A DNA stretch of 58,791 nucleotides from Candidatus Thorarchaeota archaeon. GTDB lineage: Archaea; Asgardarchaeota; Thorarchaeia; Thorarchaeales; Thorarchaeaceae. The position numbers were made by a program, and so were the translations under genes. Below are positions 20,238-29,713 of the stretch, piece after piece; position 1 is the stretch's first letter; every line of letters begins with the position of its first letter. The stretch spans positions 1 through 58,791 of the forward strand of contig JAEOUG010000046.1 in the NCBI GenBank assembly GCA_016839445.1, written 5' to 3'. The notes beneath the pieces were generated by a model. The model made no database searches. It had not been told where the DNA came from and saw only the letters and a program-made list of their open reading frames with translations.

Positions 20238-20600
20238 GTGGCCACTATGAAGAAGGTCGGAGAAGGCCTAATCTCCCTCAGAATCAGCGCTCAAGGAGAG
20301 CTCCGTTACATAAAGTCAATCCAAGAGGTTGTAGACCTCTGGAAAGAGGGAGCTGAGGGGAAGATTGTACTTGTCGATGATGCAGGAACCACAACACTCT
20401 CACCAATACTGCCAAAGCTTGCTGGGGTGGTCTGCACGTCAGGGGCACTTGGGTCCCACCTTGCCATCGTAACAAGGGAGTTCGAGATACCTGCACTGAT
20501 GGGCACTCAACTCGACGATCCACTGCAGCTCCACGGCAAGCAGGTCAGGATTGAGCCAGAAGAGGGAACAAGCGGCATACTTCTCGCTGATGACACCTGA
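20238..20600 (+). CDS. stand-alone PEP-utilising enzyme mobile (phosphohistidine) domain
   Basis: GVVCTSGALGSHLAIVTREFEIPA matches the swivelling His-domain signature. Confidence 0.88.
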   Translation: MATMKKVGEGLISLRISAQGELRYIKSIQEVVDLWKEGAEGKIVLVDDAGTTTLSPILPKLAGVVCTSGALGSHLAIVTREFEIPALMGTQLDDPLQLHGKQVRIEPEEGTSGILLADDT

Positions 20601-20610
20601 GGCGCAAAAC

Positions 20611-21570
20611 ATGTTTCGTGAGAAGACTGTATCTTTCCTTGAGGATATACGATTAGACGACATTCAACGCTTCGGCGGCAAAGCAGTGAACACCTCAAGA
20701 CTTCTCCAAGGCGGATTCAAGGTGCCTTCAGGGTTCTCCATCTCAGCCGAATGCTTCGATGAGTTCACTCAGGGGAGTCCCGTGCGTGCATACATTGAAC
20801 GACTTGACCGTACAGACGACCTAGAAGAAATGCTTCAGGCAGCCATTGAGCTCGAGCAAGTCGCGAGCGATTATGAGCTCCCTCCAGACCTTGAGAAGCA
20901 GATACTGGATGCGGTATCTCTGCTTGAGAGGCGTGTTGGCGGCACTGTTTCTGGGTATGCAGTGAGATCATCAGCCACCGTTGAAGATGGGAGCAGCTTC
21001 TCATTCGCAGGGCAGGCGGAGACACATCTCTGCGTGAGAGATCATGAGGCAATCCTCCAGTCGGTGAAGAGTGTGTGGCTGTCAGCTCTCACTCCAAGAG
21101 CAGTGCTCTACCTCAAGAGCAAGGGAGTGCCGCCAAGCCAGGTCAGGATGAGTGTCATCGTCCAACAGATGATTCCAGCTGACATCTCTGGCGTGCTCTT
21201 CACAGCTAATGTTGTCACAGGAGAGAGGAAGCAAGCTCTGGTTGAGGCCATCCATGGACTGGGAGAACCACTTGTGGGAGGGAAGGTCACCCCGGACACA
21301 TACATACTGGACAAAGAGACACTCGATATAGTGGAGGAGCGCATCGGAAAGACTGACACAATGCTGATTGCAGGAGAGCATGGCTCATCCGAAGTTCCAC
21401 TGCCAGACTCTCTGCGCGGCGAACCGGTTCTCGATCATGCCCGCCTCCGGTTACTTCTGGACACAGGTCTGAAGATAGAGGAGATGATGGGGTATCCTCA
21501 GGACATCGAATGGTGTATTCACGAGAATCGTCTGGTTATACTTCAGTCCCGGCCGATTACTACATTGTAG
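20611..21570 (+). CDS. stand-alone PEP synthase/PPDK N-terminal ATP-grasp domain
   Basis: GGKA, VPSGF, AVRSSATVEDG..SFAGQ, SGVLFT, GLGEPLVGG, QDIEW, LQSRPIT; ends at the domain boundary. Confidence 0.9.
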   Translation: MFREKTVSFLEDIRLDDIQRFGGKAVNTSRLLQGGFKVPSGFSISAECFDEFTQGSPVRAYIERLDRTDDLEEMLQAAIELEQVASDYELPPDLEKQILDAVSLLERRVGGTVSGYAVRSSATVEDGSSFSFAGQAETHLCVRDHEAILQSVKSVWLSALTPRAVLYLKSKGVPPSQVRMSVIVQQMIPADISGVLFTANVVTGERKQALVEAIHGLGEPLVGGKVTPDTYILDKETLDIVEERIGKTDTMLIAGEHGSSEVPLPDSLRGEPVLDHARLRLLLDTGLKIEEMMGYPQDIEWCIHENRLVILQSRPITTL

Positions 21571-21577
21571 TCACAAT

Positions 21578-21835
21578 CTAGCCTGGAAAGACCTGGATTG
21601 CGTTCTCGGGGCACGCAGACACGCACTTCATGCAGCCTGTACACTTGGATAGCCAGATTGCATCAACCTTCCAGATCTCTGGGTTGTGGGGATCGGGATG
21701 CTCGTCCTCAATGGTGGGGTGCATCAAGAAAACTGCGGGATCGCAAACGAAGAGGCACTTCCTGCACTCACGTGGGTCGATCTTCGCATTGGTGTGACAG
21801 ATTGAGTGATCAATCACAATCCTTGTCTTGCCCAT
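21578..21835 (-). CDS. ferredoxin-like 4Fe-4S protein
   Basis: C-x10-CRKCLFVC and CTGCMKCVSACP. Confidence 0.8.
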   Translation of the reverse strand: MGKTRIVIDHSICHTNAKIDPRECRKCLFVCDPAVFLMHPTIEDEHPDPHNPEIWKVDAIWLSKCTGCMKCVSACPENAIQVFPG

Positions 21836-21847
21836 TAGAATCACCAC

Positions 21848-22726
21848 TCAGTACTTCCCGGCCTGACCCGGGACCTCCTCTCGGGGAACGAGTGTCAAAG
21901 CATCATGCTTGCAGGCGTGGCGGCAGACTCCGCATCCGAAGCACTTGTTCAGGTCGACAATGACCCGCCCAACAGAGGGCAGTAACCGCAGTGCGTTGAA
22001 TTGACATGTCTTGACGCAGGCACCACATCCCTGGCAGTTGTCGATGTTGATGTCAATCACGTACTCCCCCTTGTAGACAGTCTTGAGGCCGAAGTCGTTC
22101 CTGAGCCTAAGACCACCACACTCGGGACTCTCACATGAACAGATGGCATTGATGTAGGGCACTGGCTGGAACCAGACGGATGCCACGTATCCCTTCTTAT
22201 TGTGCCTCTCAAGCGCCTCTATTGCTTCCTCGCGGTCGAGGCGATACTTGACGCCCTCTGGAATGTACCGCGTGTGCTTTTCAATAACCTCAGAGAGCTG
22301 GCCGAAGTTGATGCACACGGCATCCTTCACTCCTCTCTGCATGTACCTGCATACGCAGTAGTTCTGGATTATAGGCTCTGCTGCAAGATTGCCAAGGATG
22401 TGCTGTGCGTCTTCTAGGGGAAGGACCTGACCGAAGTGGCCGTCTGCCCGGACAGGGTTTCGATTCTTCTTCTCGCTGTGGATCTGATTCTCTACAGCCC
22501 ATCGAATCACCCTGCCAATGATTGGCATCTTCATCTTATAGCCAAGGCCAATTGAGTTGAAACCCATTATCTTCCTGATGAACATGGTCTCCATGTTCTT
22601 CCACTGCTCTTCTAGATACTCACTGGCGTTGTACTCGTCGGCAAGCTCGTTACTGTAGAGACGAGCGTTATTGTACCACTTTCCACCGTCACCGTGTTTG
22701 AAGCACCACTCGCACATCTGAGGCAC
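21848..22726 (-). CDS. 4Fe-4S binding protein
   Basis: CQGCGACVKTC and CFGCGVCRHAC, plus CVCR and ICSC...C motifs. Confidence 0.85.
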   Translation of the reverse strand: MPQMCEWCFKHGDGGKWYNNARLYSNELADEYNASEYLEEQWKNMETMFIRKIMGFNSIGLGYKMKMPIIGRVIRWAVENQIHSEKKNRNPVRADGHFGQVLPLEDAQHILGNLAAEPIIQNYCVCRYMQRGVKDAVCINFGQLSEVIEKHTRYIPEGVKYRLDREEAIEALERHNKKGYVASVWFQPVPYINAICSCESPECGGLRLRNDFGLKTVYKGEYVIDINIDNCQGCGACVKTCQFNALRLLPSVGRVIVDLNKCFGCGVCRHACKHDALTLVPREEVPGQAGKY

Positions 22727-22888
22727 CAGGCAGTTGTTCTTGATGCTATAGACTTGACTTGCGATATTTAAGACTCCCTACGACGTGGCTCGACGCGGAA
22801 TGCGCGAACCAGTGAGCAGCGGCACTTGTGGGCCTTTTATTGTACCCCAACGTTATACGATTGGTCTATACCGTGGTGGTATCCTACA

Positions 22889-23581
22889 ATGCAAATCGTA
22901 ATTGACATGACAACTACTGCAAACATCGCCACTATCATAGTGTCTGCAGTGTTGTCTGTATACCTGTTCAGTCTCTGGCGTCGCCAAGAGAACCCCCTTC
23001 TCACAGACCTGCCTCTCATGTTTGGAATAACTTTCATGACTCAGGCAGTCAACAATCTGATACTGATTCTTCCAGCTATGAACATCATCGAGGCAAGCCT
23101 CATCCTGTTCAGATTCAGGTCGCTCGTCATCATCGGAACAGCTTTTCCAATGCTTGTCGTGCTTGTCACAATCTGGCTTCCAAGATTCAAGAAGCATCAC
23201 AGCAAGATCATTGGTGCACTTGCGGTCTACTGGACTGCCGTGGCCCTTCTGGCGCCCAATGACCAAGTCATCATGATGATGCATCTACCTGTAATCGCAG
23301 CCCTAACCATTGGCATGATAGTCACGTTCTCAATCACGTGGAAAACGGGCAGACTGAAAGAGGTCAGGAGCGGGTTAATTGTCATCTCGTTTCTGTTCGG
23401 ACTAGTCGGCCAGGCGGCAAAAGTGCCCCTGATGAACATGGGCCTGGATGTTCTTGGCCACCTGAACATTGCCATCGTCACAATCTTAGCCACACTCGGG
23501 TTGGCCAATCCGTGGTACCGGAGAGGAGCATCAGCTTCCGACACTGCCCCAGAACACGCCGTAGCTACAGTAGCTGGCTAG
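22889..23581 (+). CDS. 7-TM membrane protein
   Basis: Start re-called at ATG 22889; seven hydrophobic helices. Confidence 0.75.
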   Translation: MQIVIDMTTTANIATIIVSAVLSVYLFSLWRRQENPLLTDLPLMFGITFMTQAVNNLILILPAMNIIEASLILFRFRSLVIIGTAFPMLVVLVTIWLPRFKKHHSKIIGALAVYWTAVALLAPNDQVIMMMHLPVIAALTIGMIVTFSITWKTGRLKEVRSGLIVISFLFGLVGQAAKVPLMNMGLDVLGHLNIAIVTILATLGLANPWYRRGASASDTAPEHAVATVAG

Positions 23582-23593
23582 GAGCGCTGAGAG

Positions 23594-24523
23594 ATGACAG
23601 CACTTGACGTCCAAGCAGAGAAGAAGGAAACCTTGGACCAGTCAGCTCCACTGCTGACGAGGATGAGGCTTCTCCCCCTCGCAGCCCTTCTGATTGCTGT
23701 GGCCGTTGTCTGGCGCCAGGTAGACATCTTCATCCTTGGGTTAGGCGATACGTGGATGAACATCTTGCCAAACAAGCTGTTCACTCTGTTAATCATGCTA
23801 GGCATCTTTTGGTACTTCAGAAGGAACGAGATTGGCCCCGTCCTGGGAATCACTCGAGAGAATCTCAGAGCACAGGTACTGCTAGGAATCGTCGTAGGTC
23901 TCCTGATGTATCTCGTGATGGACGCGCTGCCCGTCATAGTCTATGGATTGCTCTTGGATACCTCATACCCACTCGAGTTGCATATCGTTGCCGCAAACAT
24001 GCTCTGGTATCAGTTTCTCTTCTTCCTCTGTAACGGATTTTTGGAGGAAGGTCTCTTCAGAGGAATGCTGCAGAACGGGCTTAGGGAGTACGTGACTCCG
24101 AATCGGGCAATCCTTCTCTCAGCCATGATCTTCGGAGTCTACCATGTCTGTTGGCCGATTCTGAAGATCTTCACGGGCGGTTTCAGCATAGGAGAGACTG
24201 CGGGGATGCTCATCTTCTCGGGCATTGCAGGCGGAATCTTTGGAGTCTACTATGAGAAGTTCAGCTCAAGAAGGAGCCTCATGGGACCAATAGCGGCGCA
24301 TACTCTCATCAACTTCTTCAATGAAAACTTCAAGATAGGTCCTGAGGCTGTCACTCAGGGACCGGACTTCACCTTCGGGAGTCCTGCGCTCTTGGGAACG
24401 ATGGCTGTGATCTTTCTCGTCTTCGCCGCAGTTCTGATTGTCGCGTTCTGGAAGCTACGTATCGAGAGAATCCAAGAGAGATGGAATGGACTCTTCGTAC
24501 GCGGTGGAAGTGATTCAGAGTAG
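23594..24523 (+). CDS. CPBP (CAAX protease-like) intramembrane metalloprotease
   Basis: LEEGLFRG, FGVYH, AHTLIN motifs. Confidence 0.9.
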   Translation: MTALDVQAEKKETLDQSAPLLTRMRLLPLAALLIAVAVVWRQVDIFILGLGDTWMNILPNKLFTLLIMLGIFWYFRRNEIGPVLGITRENLRAQVLLGIVVGLLMYLVMDALPVIVYGLLLDTSYPLELHIVAANMLWYQFLFFLCNGFLEEGLFRGMLQNGLREYVTPNRAILLSAMIFGVYHVCWPILKIFTGGFSIGETAGMLIFSGIAGGIFGVYYEKFSSRRSLMGPIAAHTLINFFNENFKIGPEAVTQGPDFTFGSPALLGTMAVIFLVFAAVLIVAFWKLRIERIQERWNGLFVRGGSDSE

Positions 24524-24528
24524 TCGCA

Positions 24529-24556
24529 TCTGACGGGGAATTCAGACCCCGTCAGA
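24529..24556. terminator. perfect 10-bp hairpin after CPBP gene
   Basis: TCTGACGGGG-aattcaga-CCCCGTCAGA, 5 nt after stop. Confidence 0.5.
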
Positions 24557-24616
24557 CCTAGACTTCGCTACGTAAGGGTTATCTCTGCAAGCGGAGAGGC
24601 TTCCATCTGTGGGAGC

Positions 24617-26515
24617 ATGGCAGTCGGCCGAAATGCAGTATCCTCCATGGAAACAGCAACCTGGGTAGCTGTCCTGCTATTCCTCTCGTTTTCGGCCACA
24701 GCTCTGGATGCTCTGGTCTACTCTGCCAGTGTGCCGAATCCAAGTTCGGGAGAGAGCCGCCCCAGTAGCGAAAACCTCCTTGGAAGCAGACCGCGAATGA
24801 TGGTTGCACCCTTGGCCGAGAGAGACATGCTAATGTGCGGGATGAACATGGTCGCATACCCGGGAGGCATTGGAGCGTGGATTGATGCGGGAAATGGAAC
24901 AGAGTACTGGGAGAGCGTCGACCCGTTCTGGTTCAGAGTAGGGTTCAACCTGGAATGCCTCGAAAGCAGTCTGGACACGATGCTCAAGATGGGGGTGAGG
25001 TACGTCAGGAGCTGCGCCCTGATTTTCCAGTTCATGGACTGGGATGCAACAGATGGCTATACGGGACTGAATGCATCTGCAATCGCCAACTTCAACATAT
25101 TCCTCGGAGAACTCGGCCGCAGGGGCATGCGTCTTACTCCGTCCTTCATGGGACCACGCTGGCCCTCCTGGTCACATCCATCACTCAGGCAATTCTATCA
25201 GGTGCTCAACACTTCTAGTGGCATGAGCCATGCGGCTCTTCAGAGTGTAGGTCAAGCGATAGTCGACTTCGTAGAGCACTACCAGACCAACAGTGTCATC
25301 TTCAGTTGGGATCTCGTGTCGGGCTTCTCTGGCTTCATTGCACACCTCGAGGACCCAATCGATGGTTTTGGTCTCGACGTAGATGCCAGCGAGATCTATG
25401 ATTTGATGGAGACCGTTGCAGAAGGTATCAGAGTAGTGGACAACAGACACCTTGTGACGATGACAGACGACTGGCCTTGGAGCTTCGGAGAGGAGTCATG
25501 GTTGAGCGGTCAAGTCCCTCCCTTCTACAATGAGAGCCTCGTTGAACTGGTAGACTACATCTCAGTGGAAACGTTCACTGACAACGCCACACTGCCTGTG
25601 GTCAGATACCTTCAGAAGCCGCTTGTTCTCTCTGCAGTGTCTTCGGCACATCCTACGAATCGGAGTGCAAACTGCAGGCTCCTCCTAGACACATTCTCAG
25701 AGGCCTTCAACAAGAGCTACTCTGGATTCGTGCCCTGGGAGCTATCAGAAACCTTTGTGATTGCCAAACCGGCGGACGGAGACCCCGTGGGTCAGGTTCT
25801 CCATTGGACATGGGAAGCGCTACTCTTGTTCACGCTCTACAGGGATGACTCAATCAACTTCCTGAACACAACGGACTACAGGCTCCTCGCATCCGAACCT
25901 GTGTTTGGAACTGACGGGCATGTGACGATGGACCTCTTCATGCCAGAGGAGATTGACGGATCTGGCATCAAGACGAATCTTGTCTCAAGGTTCCTTGTTA
26001 TGGGGCCCCCAGTGCAATCCAATTCCGGACTCAATGTGACTAGTCTTCTCTTCCCCATGGGAGCACTTCATTCTCTGGACAATGCAGGGACCCTCGTGAG
26101 GTTGAGCGGCATGGGTTCGATTATCGAGACCGGAGTACGGATAGAGAACTCCAGTAGTTGGACGGCACTGATTGAGGACTACCAACCAAGAAGGATACGA
26201 CTATTAGTCAACAGCACGGACTCCGCAGACATAGCGATTGACACAGGTAGTTTTCGCCTCGTCGCAGGGAGGAAGTACAGAGTAGTAGAGACCGACCTTA
26301 CATCAGGTCTAAGCACACAGCTCACGGTAGAGGCCACCCAATTCCTGAATCTATCCTTTGGAGTGCAGGCCGGCTCTATGCGGATTGAAATCATACCCCT
26401 TGTGGATATCCTGAACCTCTTTTCCTTGGGGGCAAGCGCAGGTGCGGTAGTGATGTCGCTCGTTCTATACTACTTCTTCGGAAGGCGAGGGCCTCGCCCG
26501 AACGGAGAGAGCTGA
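24617..26515 (+). CDS. membrane-anchored glycoside-hydrolase (clan GH-A/GH5)-like protein
   Basis: N-terminal signal, GMN, MGVRYVR, IFSWDL, IRVVDNRHLVT, VDYISV, KPLV pattern; C-terminal TM and basic tail. Confidence 0.65.
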   Translation: MAVGRNAVSSMETATWVAVLLFLSFSATALDALVYSASVPNPSSGESRPSSENLLGSRPRMMVAPLAERDMLMCGMNMVAYPGGIGAWIDAGNGTEYWESVDPFWFRVGFNLECLESSLDTMLKMGVRYVRSCALIFQFMDWDATDGYTGLNASAIANFNIFLGELGRRGMRLTPSFMGPRWPSWSHPSLRQFYQVLNTSSGMSHAALQSVGQAIVDFVEHYQTNSVIFSWDLVSGFSGFIAHLEDPIDGFGLDVDASEIYDLMETVAEGIRVVDNRHLVTMTDDWPWSFGEESWLSGQVPPFYNESLVELVDYISVETFTDNATLPVVRYLQKPLVLSAVSSAHPTNRSANCRLLLDTFSEAFNKSYSGFVPWELSETFVIAKPADGDPVGQVLHWTWEALLLFTLYRDDSINFLNTTDYRLLASEPVFGTDGHVTMDLFMPEEIDGSGIKTNLVSRFLVMGPPVQSNSGLNVTSLLFPMGALHSLDNAGTLVRLSGMGSIIETGVRIENSSSWTALIEDYQPRRIRLLVNSTDSADIAIDTGSFRLVAGRKYRVVETDLTSGLSTQLTVEATQFLNLSFGVQAGSMRIEIIPLVDILNLFSLGASAGAVVMSLVLYYFFGRRGPRPNGES

Positions 26516-26561
26516 AAATCTTGCTCCGATGACACATTATTAGGCTAGACCACGTAGGCAT

Positions 26562-27659
26562 ATGGCTCCGGTGAAACCAGCAATGATGAGCAGCTCTGAG
26601 AGACGCGGCCTTGTGGTTGGTCTGGCCTTGGTAGTCCTGTTGGTTTCAGGAATGCAGGACCCATTGATAGTTCGAACCCTCGCTGCAGTAGAGGCGCAGG
26701 ACCAGGTAGATATCCTACTCGTTCTGGACAATGACTACGGCGGGAACGTTCCACCCATCATCACAATCTTTGAGAGGTATGGTTGGAACGTGACAACCAC
26801 TGGACTTTACGCAACTCTCTATTCCTGTGCCTACCTCAGTGAGTCTATGGAGGTAGATATCCTCATCCCTGAAATTGGGGATGTGACTGTCTTTGATGCA
26901 GTCTCAGTAATGCCAGGGGAGTCTCATGACGGTTTGAGGGCAAATCAGACAGCTCTAGACCTTATCCGGGATGCCATGTCTGAGAATCTGGTCGTGAGTG
27001 CGTGGTGTAAAGCTGTGCGTGTCTTGGCAACGGCCGATGTGATAGATGGCAAGAACATCACAGGGAGCTCGGAGTTTGAATCCGAATACGTTGCTGCTGG
27101 TGCGACATTCAACGAACTAGTCCCACCTGTGATTGACGGAAACCTCGTGACAGGCGTGAGAAGTAGATTCTATCGGGACGAGATGTGCCAGGCAATAGCC
27201 ACTGTGCTAGGTTTCTACGAGCCAGACCCTCCAGCTCTGGACTCAATAGACTTGACTCCTGAACAGGGCATAACTGGTGCGAATCTCTCGCTTGAAGTGC
27301 ATCTCTCTGATGCAACTGCTGTCTACATGGCCACAGTAAAGGTGTTTGAACTCAATGCCTCGGGGCTCAAAGCATCAGATGTTCAAGTGCTTCACCTATG
27401 GTTGGATCCAGTTGGAGACGCTGGCGACTACGGGGTGACGATTACTCCACTGGATGTTGGCAATTATACCATTGATGTGTACGCGTGGGACACGTTCATG
27501 AACGAAGTAGAGTATGCGTACGCCCACAACTTCACAGTACGAGAGCCGCCGACAACCTCGAGTTCAGGCACACCTCTCTCGGCACTTATCCTTCCACTGG
27601 GAGTGACTGCCGCGGCGGGAGTAGTCATCGTAATAGTTGCCATTGTGAGGAGGAGGTAA
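26562..27659 (+). CDS. membrane-anchored DJ-1/PfpI family protein
   Basis: FDAVSVMPG, SAWCKA, VIDGNLVTG; signal peptide, beta-rich stalk, Ser/Thr linker, C-terminal TM + RRR. Confidence 0.82.
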   Translation: MAPVKPAMMSSSERRGLVVGLALVVLLVSGMQDPLIVRTLAAVEAQDQVDILLVLDNDYGGNVPPIITIFERYGWNVTTTGLYATLYSCAYLSESMEVDILIPEIGDVTVFDAVSVMPGESHDGLRANQTALDLIRDAMSENLVVSAWCKAVRVLATADVIDGKNITGSSEFESEYVAAGATFNELVPPVIDGNLVTGVRSRFYRDEMCQAIATVLGFYEPDPPALDSIDLTPEQGITGANLSLEVHLSDATAVYMATVKVFELNASGLKASDVQVLHLWLDPVGDAGDYGVTITPLDVGNYTIDVYAWDTFMNEVEYAYAHNFTVREPPTTSSSGTPLSALILPLGVTAAAGVVIVIVAIVRRR

Positions 27660-27715
27660 CGCGCCTCCACGAAAGAGTAAAGACCATCTTTCGCACCGGA
27701 CCATCAGGAATTGCA

Positions 27716-28462
27716 TTGAGAGTGCTGTACCTCCTTCCAGGTGCTGGAATGCCAGACGAGGAACTCCAGCGTAGAGAGAAGATTGCCACCGGAATCGCAA
27801 GAAAGGGAACAGAGATCATCGTACGAGAGGTGGGCGAGGGGCCTCTGTCAATTGAGTCGTCAATTGAAGAATACATGGCCATCGGACCTATGCTCAGAAC
27901 TATGGTGCAACTCAGGAAGAACAAGGAATTCGATGCAATCATCATTGGTTGTGCGGGAGACCCAGGACTTGTGCCTGCAAGAGAACTGCTGGATGTTCCA
28001 GTTATAGGGCCTGCAGAATCTTCCTACCACTTCGCGTGCATGATTGCAGATAGATTCAGTGTGGTCTCGACCCTCCAAGCCGGAGAGGAGTCAGGGGACA
28101 GAGTTCGAGCGCGAACCAGAGAGATGGGACTCGAGTCCAAGCTTGTCTCTGTGGAATTCATCAGAGCCGCAGTAGCTGATATGTGGACCAAAGACGGAGG
28201 GCGGTTCGTTGAGATGGTCAGGAGTGCCGCTTCCGAAGCCAAGGCCAAAGGTGCAGGCTGTCTGGTGCTGGGCTGCATGTCAATGGCATTCCATCTAGTA
28301 GACGACGCACTGCTCCACAATCCCATCCCCGTGGTCAATCCCTTGAAGACAGCCATCAAGGCGGCGGAGGCCTTCGTAGACCTGAAGATTGGCCATAGCA
28401 GAGTGACATATCCTGCTGCAGACTTCGAGAAGTTGAAACAGACGCTCTTTGCAGATGAATGA
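27716..28462 (+). CDS. Asp/Glu/hydantoin racemase family
   Basis: GPLSIES, IIGCAGDPG, VLGCMSM two-Cys motifs; TTG start 27716. Confidence 0.88.
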   Translation: MRVLYLLPGAGMPDEELQRREKIATGIARKGTEIIVREVGEGPLSIESSIEEYMAIGPMLRTMVQLRKNKEFDAIIIGCAGDPGLVPARELLDVPVIGPAESSYHFACMIADRFSVVSTLQAGEESGDRVRARTREMGLESKLVSVEFIRAAVADMWTKDGGRFVEMVRSAASEAKAKGAGCLVLGCMSMAFHLVDDALLHNPIPVVNPLKTAIKAAEAFVDLKIGHSRVTYPAADFEKLKQTLFADE

Positions 28463-28485
28463 ACTGAATCTGTGGTGATTGACAA

Positions 28486-29712
28486 ATGGGGAAGAAGAAG
28501 AACTACTCAGGCTACAAGGCCTACCAGTATCTTGAGCCCGGCAGAGACTACAGAGCCTTCAAGCTGAGGGAGGCACTGAAGAAGGATTGGTCGTATCGGG
28601 TCCCTCTTTCGAAAGAGGAGGAGGAACGCGTTGGCCAGATCATTGAGAAGAACATAGTAATCGACCTTCATGAGCACCCTGTTCTGTATCCAGAGAATCC
28701 AGCAGAAACGCTCCTGCTCAACCATGAGGGTAGGGACTTCATGGCATATGAGGCGATGAGCATAGCCGGAGTAGACGCAGTCTTCGACAATCTCATGAAC
28801 GGCTCATCGGTGATCACATCCAAGCACGGCTGGAAATGGAATGATACGATTCATGACTTGGGGCAACGCCTCTGCGACATTGCACACCAAGACTTCGTCA
28901 TACACTGCAAGTCGGTGGAGGACATCGAGAAAGCGTACGAATCTGGGCAGCTTGCTTGGGTCGCAGTGCTAGAGTCCTCTACCTGTGTCGAGAATGAGAT
29001 AGATAGGATAGACATACTATACGGGCTTGGGATTCGGTCCATGGGTCTAGTCTACAGCGAGTCGAACATGCTGGGGACGGGGCTTGACGAGATGAAGGAT
29101 GGCGGACTGACTGACTTCGGCTATGACTGTATTGTCAGAATGAACAAGCTCGGTATGCTGGTTGATGTGAGCCATGTTAGCGACCAGACAGCACGAGACG
29201 CTATCGAGTCCTCCAAGAAACCACTGGTCATTTCACATGCCGGATCAAAGACTATACACACAATCAAGAGGATGGTTCCTGATGATGTCTTGCAGGCCAT
29301 GGCTGAGAAAGAAGGAGTGATTGGTATTGAGTCAGCGCCCGGTTATACGGCCACAAATGAAGAGAAGACGCCTTCCATTGACACCTACATGAAGCATCTT
29401 GAGTATTGCATAGAGCTCTTGGGTATAGACCATGTGGGATGTGGCCCCGACACCCTCTTCGGAGACCATGTGGGTCTCTACAAGGCCTATGATGACCGAG
29501 CAGCAAACGCAGGAATGGGACACTACTCTCGTCCCAGACAATCGGATGACCTCAGTGTCGACTCTCTTCCTGACTATGTCAGAGGTCTTGAGAATCCCGC
29601 AGAGGCGATGATCAATATCCCTCGGTGGCTTGTCAAGAATGGCTACTCGGACAATGAGATCGCCAAGATAATGGGAGGTAATGCACTGCGTCTTCTGAAG
29701 CAGGTATGGTAG
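28486..29712 (+). CDS. membrane dipeptidase (peptidase M19) family
   Basis: IDLHEH, GLTDFG, VDVSH, ISHAG, GIDHVGCGPD, IMGGNALR. Confidence 0.92.
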   Translation: MGKKKNYSGYKAYQYLEPGRDYRAFKLREALKKDWSYRVPLSKEEEERVGQIIEKNIVIDLHEHPVLYPENPAETLLLNHEGRDFMAYEAMSIAGVDAVFDNLMNGSSVITSKHGWKWNDTIHDLGQRLCDIAHQDFVIHCKSVEDIEKAYESGQLAWVAVLESSTCVENEIDRIDILYGLGIRSMGLVYSESNMLGTGLDEMKDGGLTDFGYDCIVRMNKLGMLVDVSHVSDQTARDAIESSKKPLVISHAGSKTIHTIKRMVPDDVLQAMAEKEGVIGIESAPGYTATNEEKTPSIDTYMKHLEYCIELLGIDHVGCGPDTLFGDHVGLYKAYDDRAANAGMGHYSRPRQSDDLSVDSLPDYVRGLENPAEAMINIPRWLVKNGYSDNEIAKIMGGNALRLLKQVW

Positions 29713-29713
29713 C

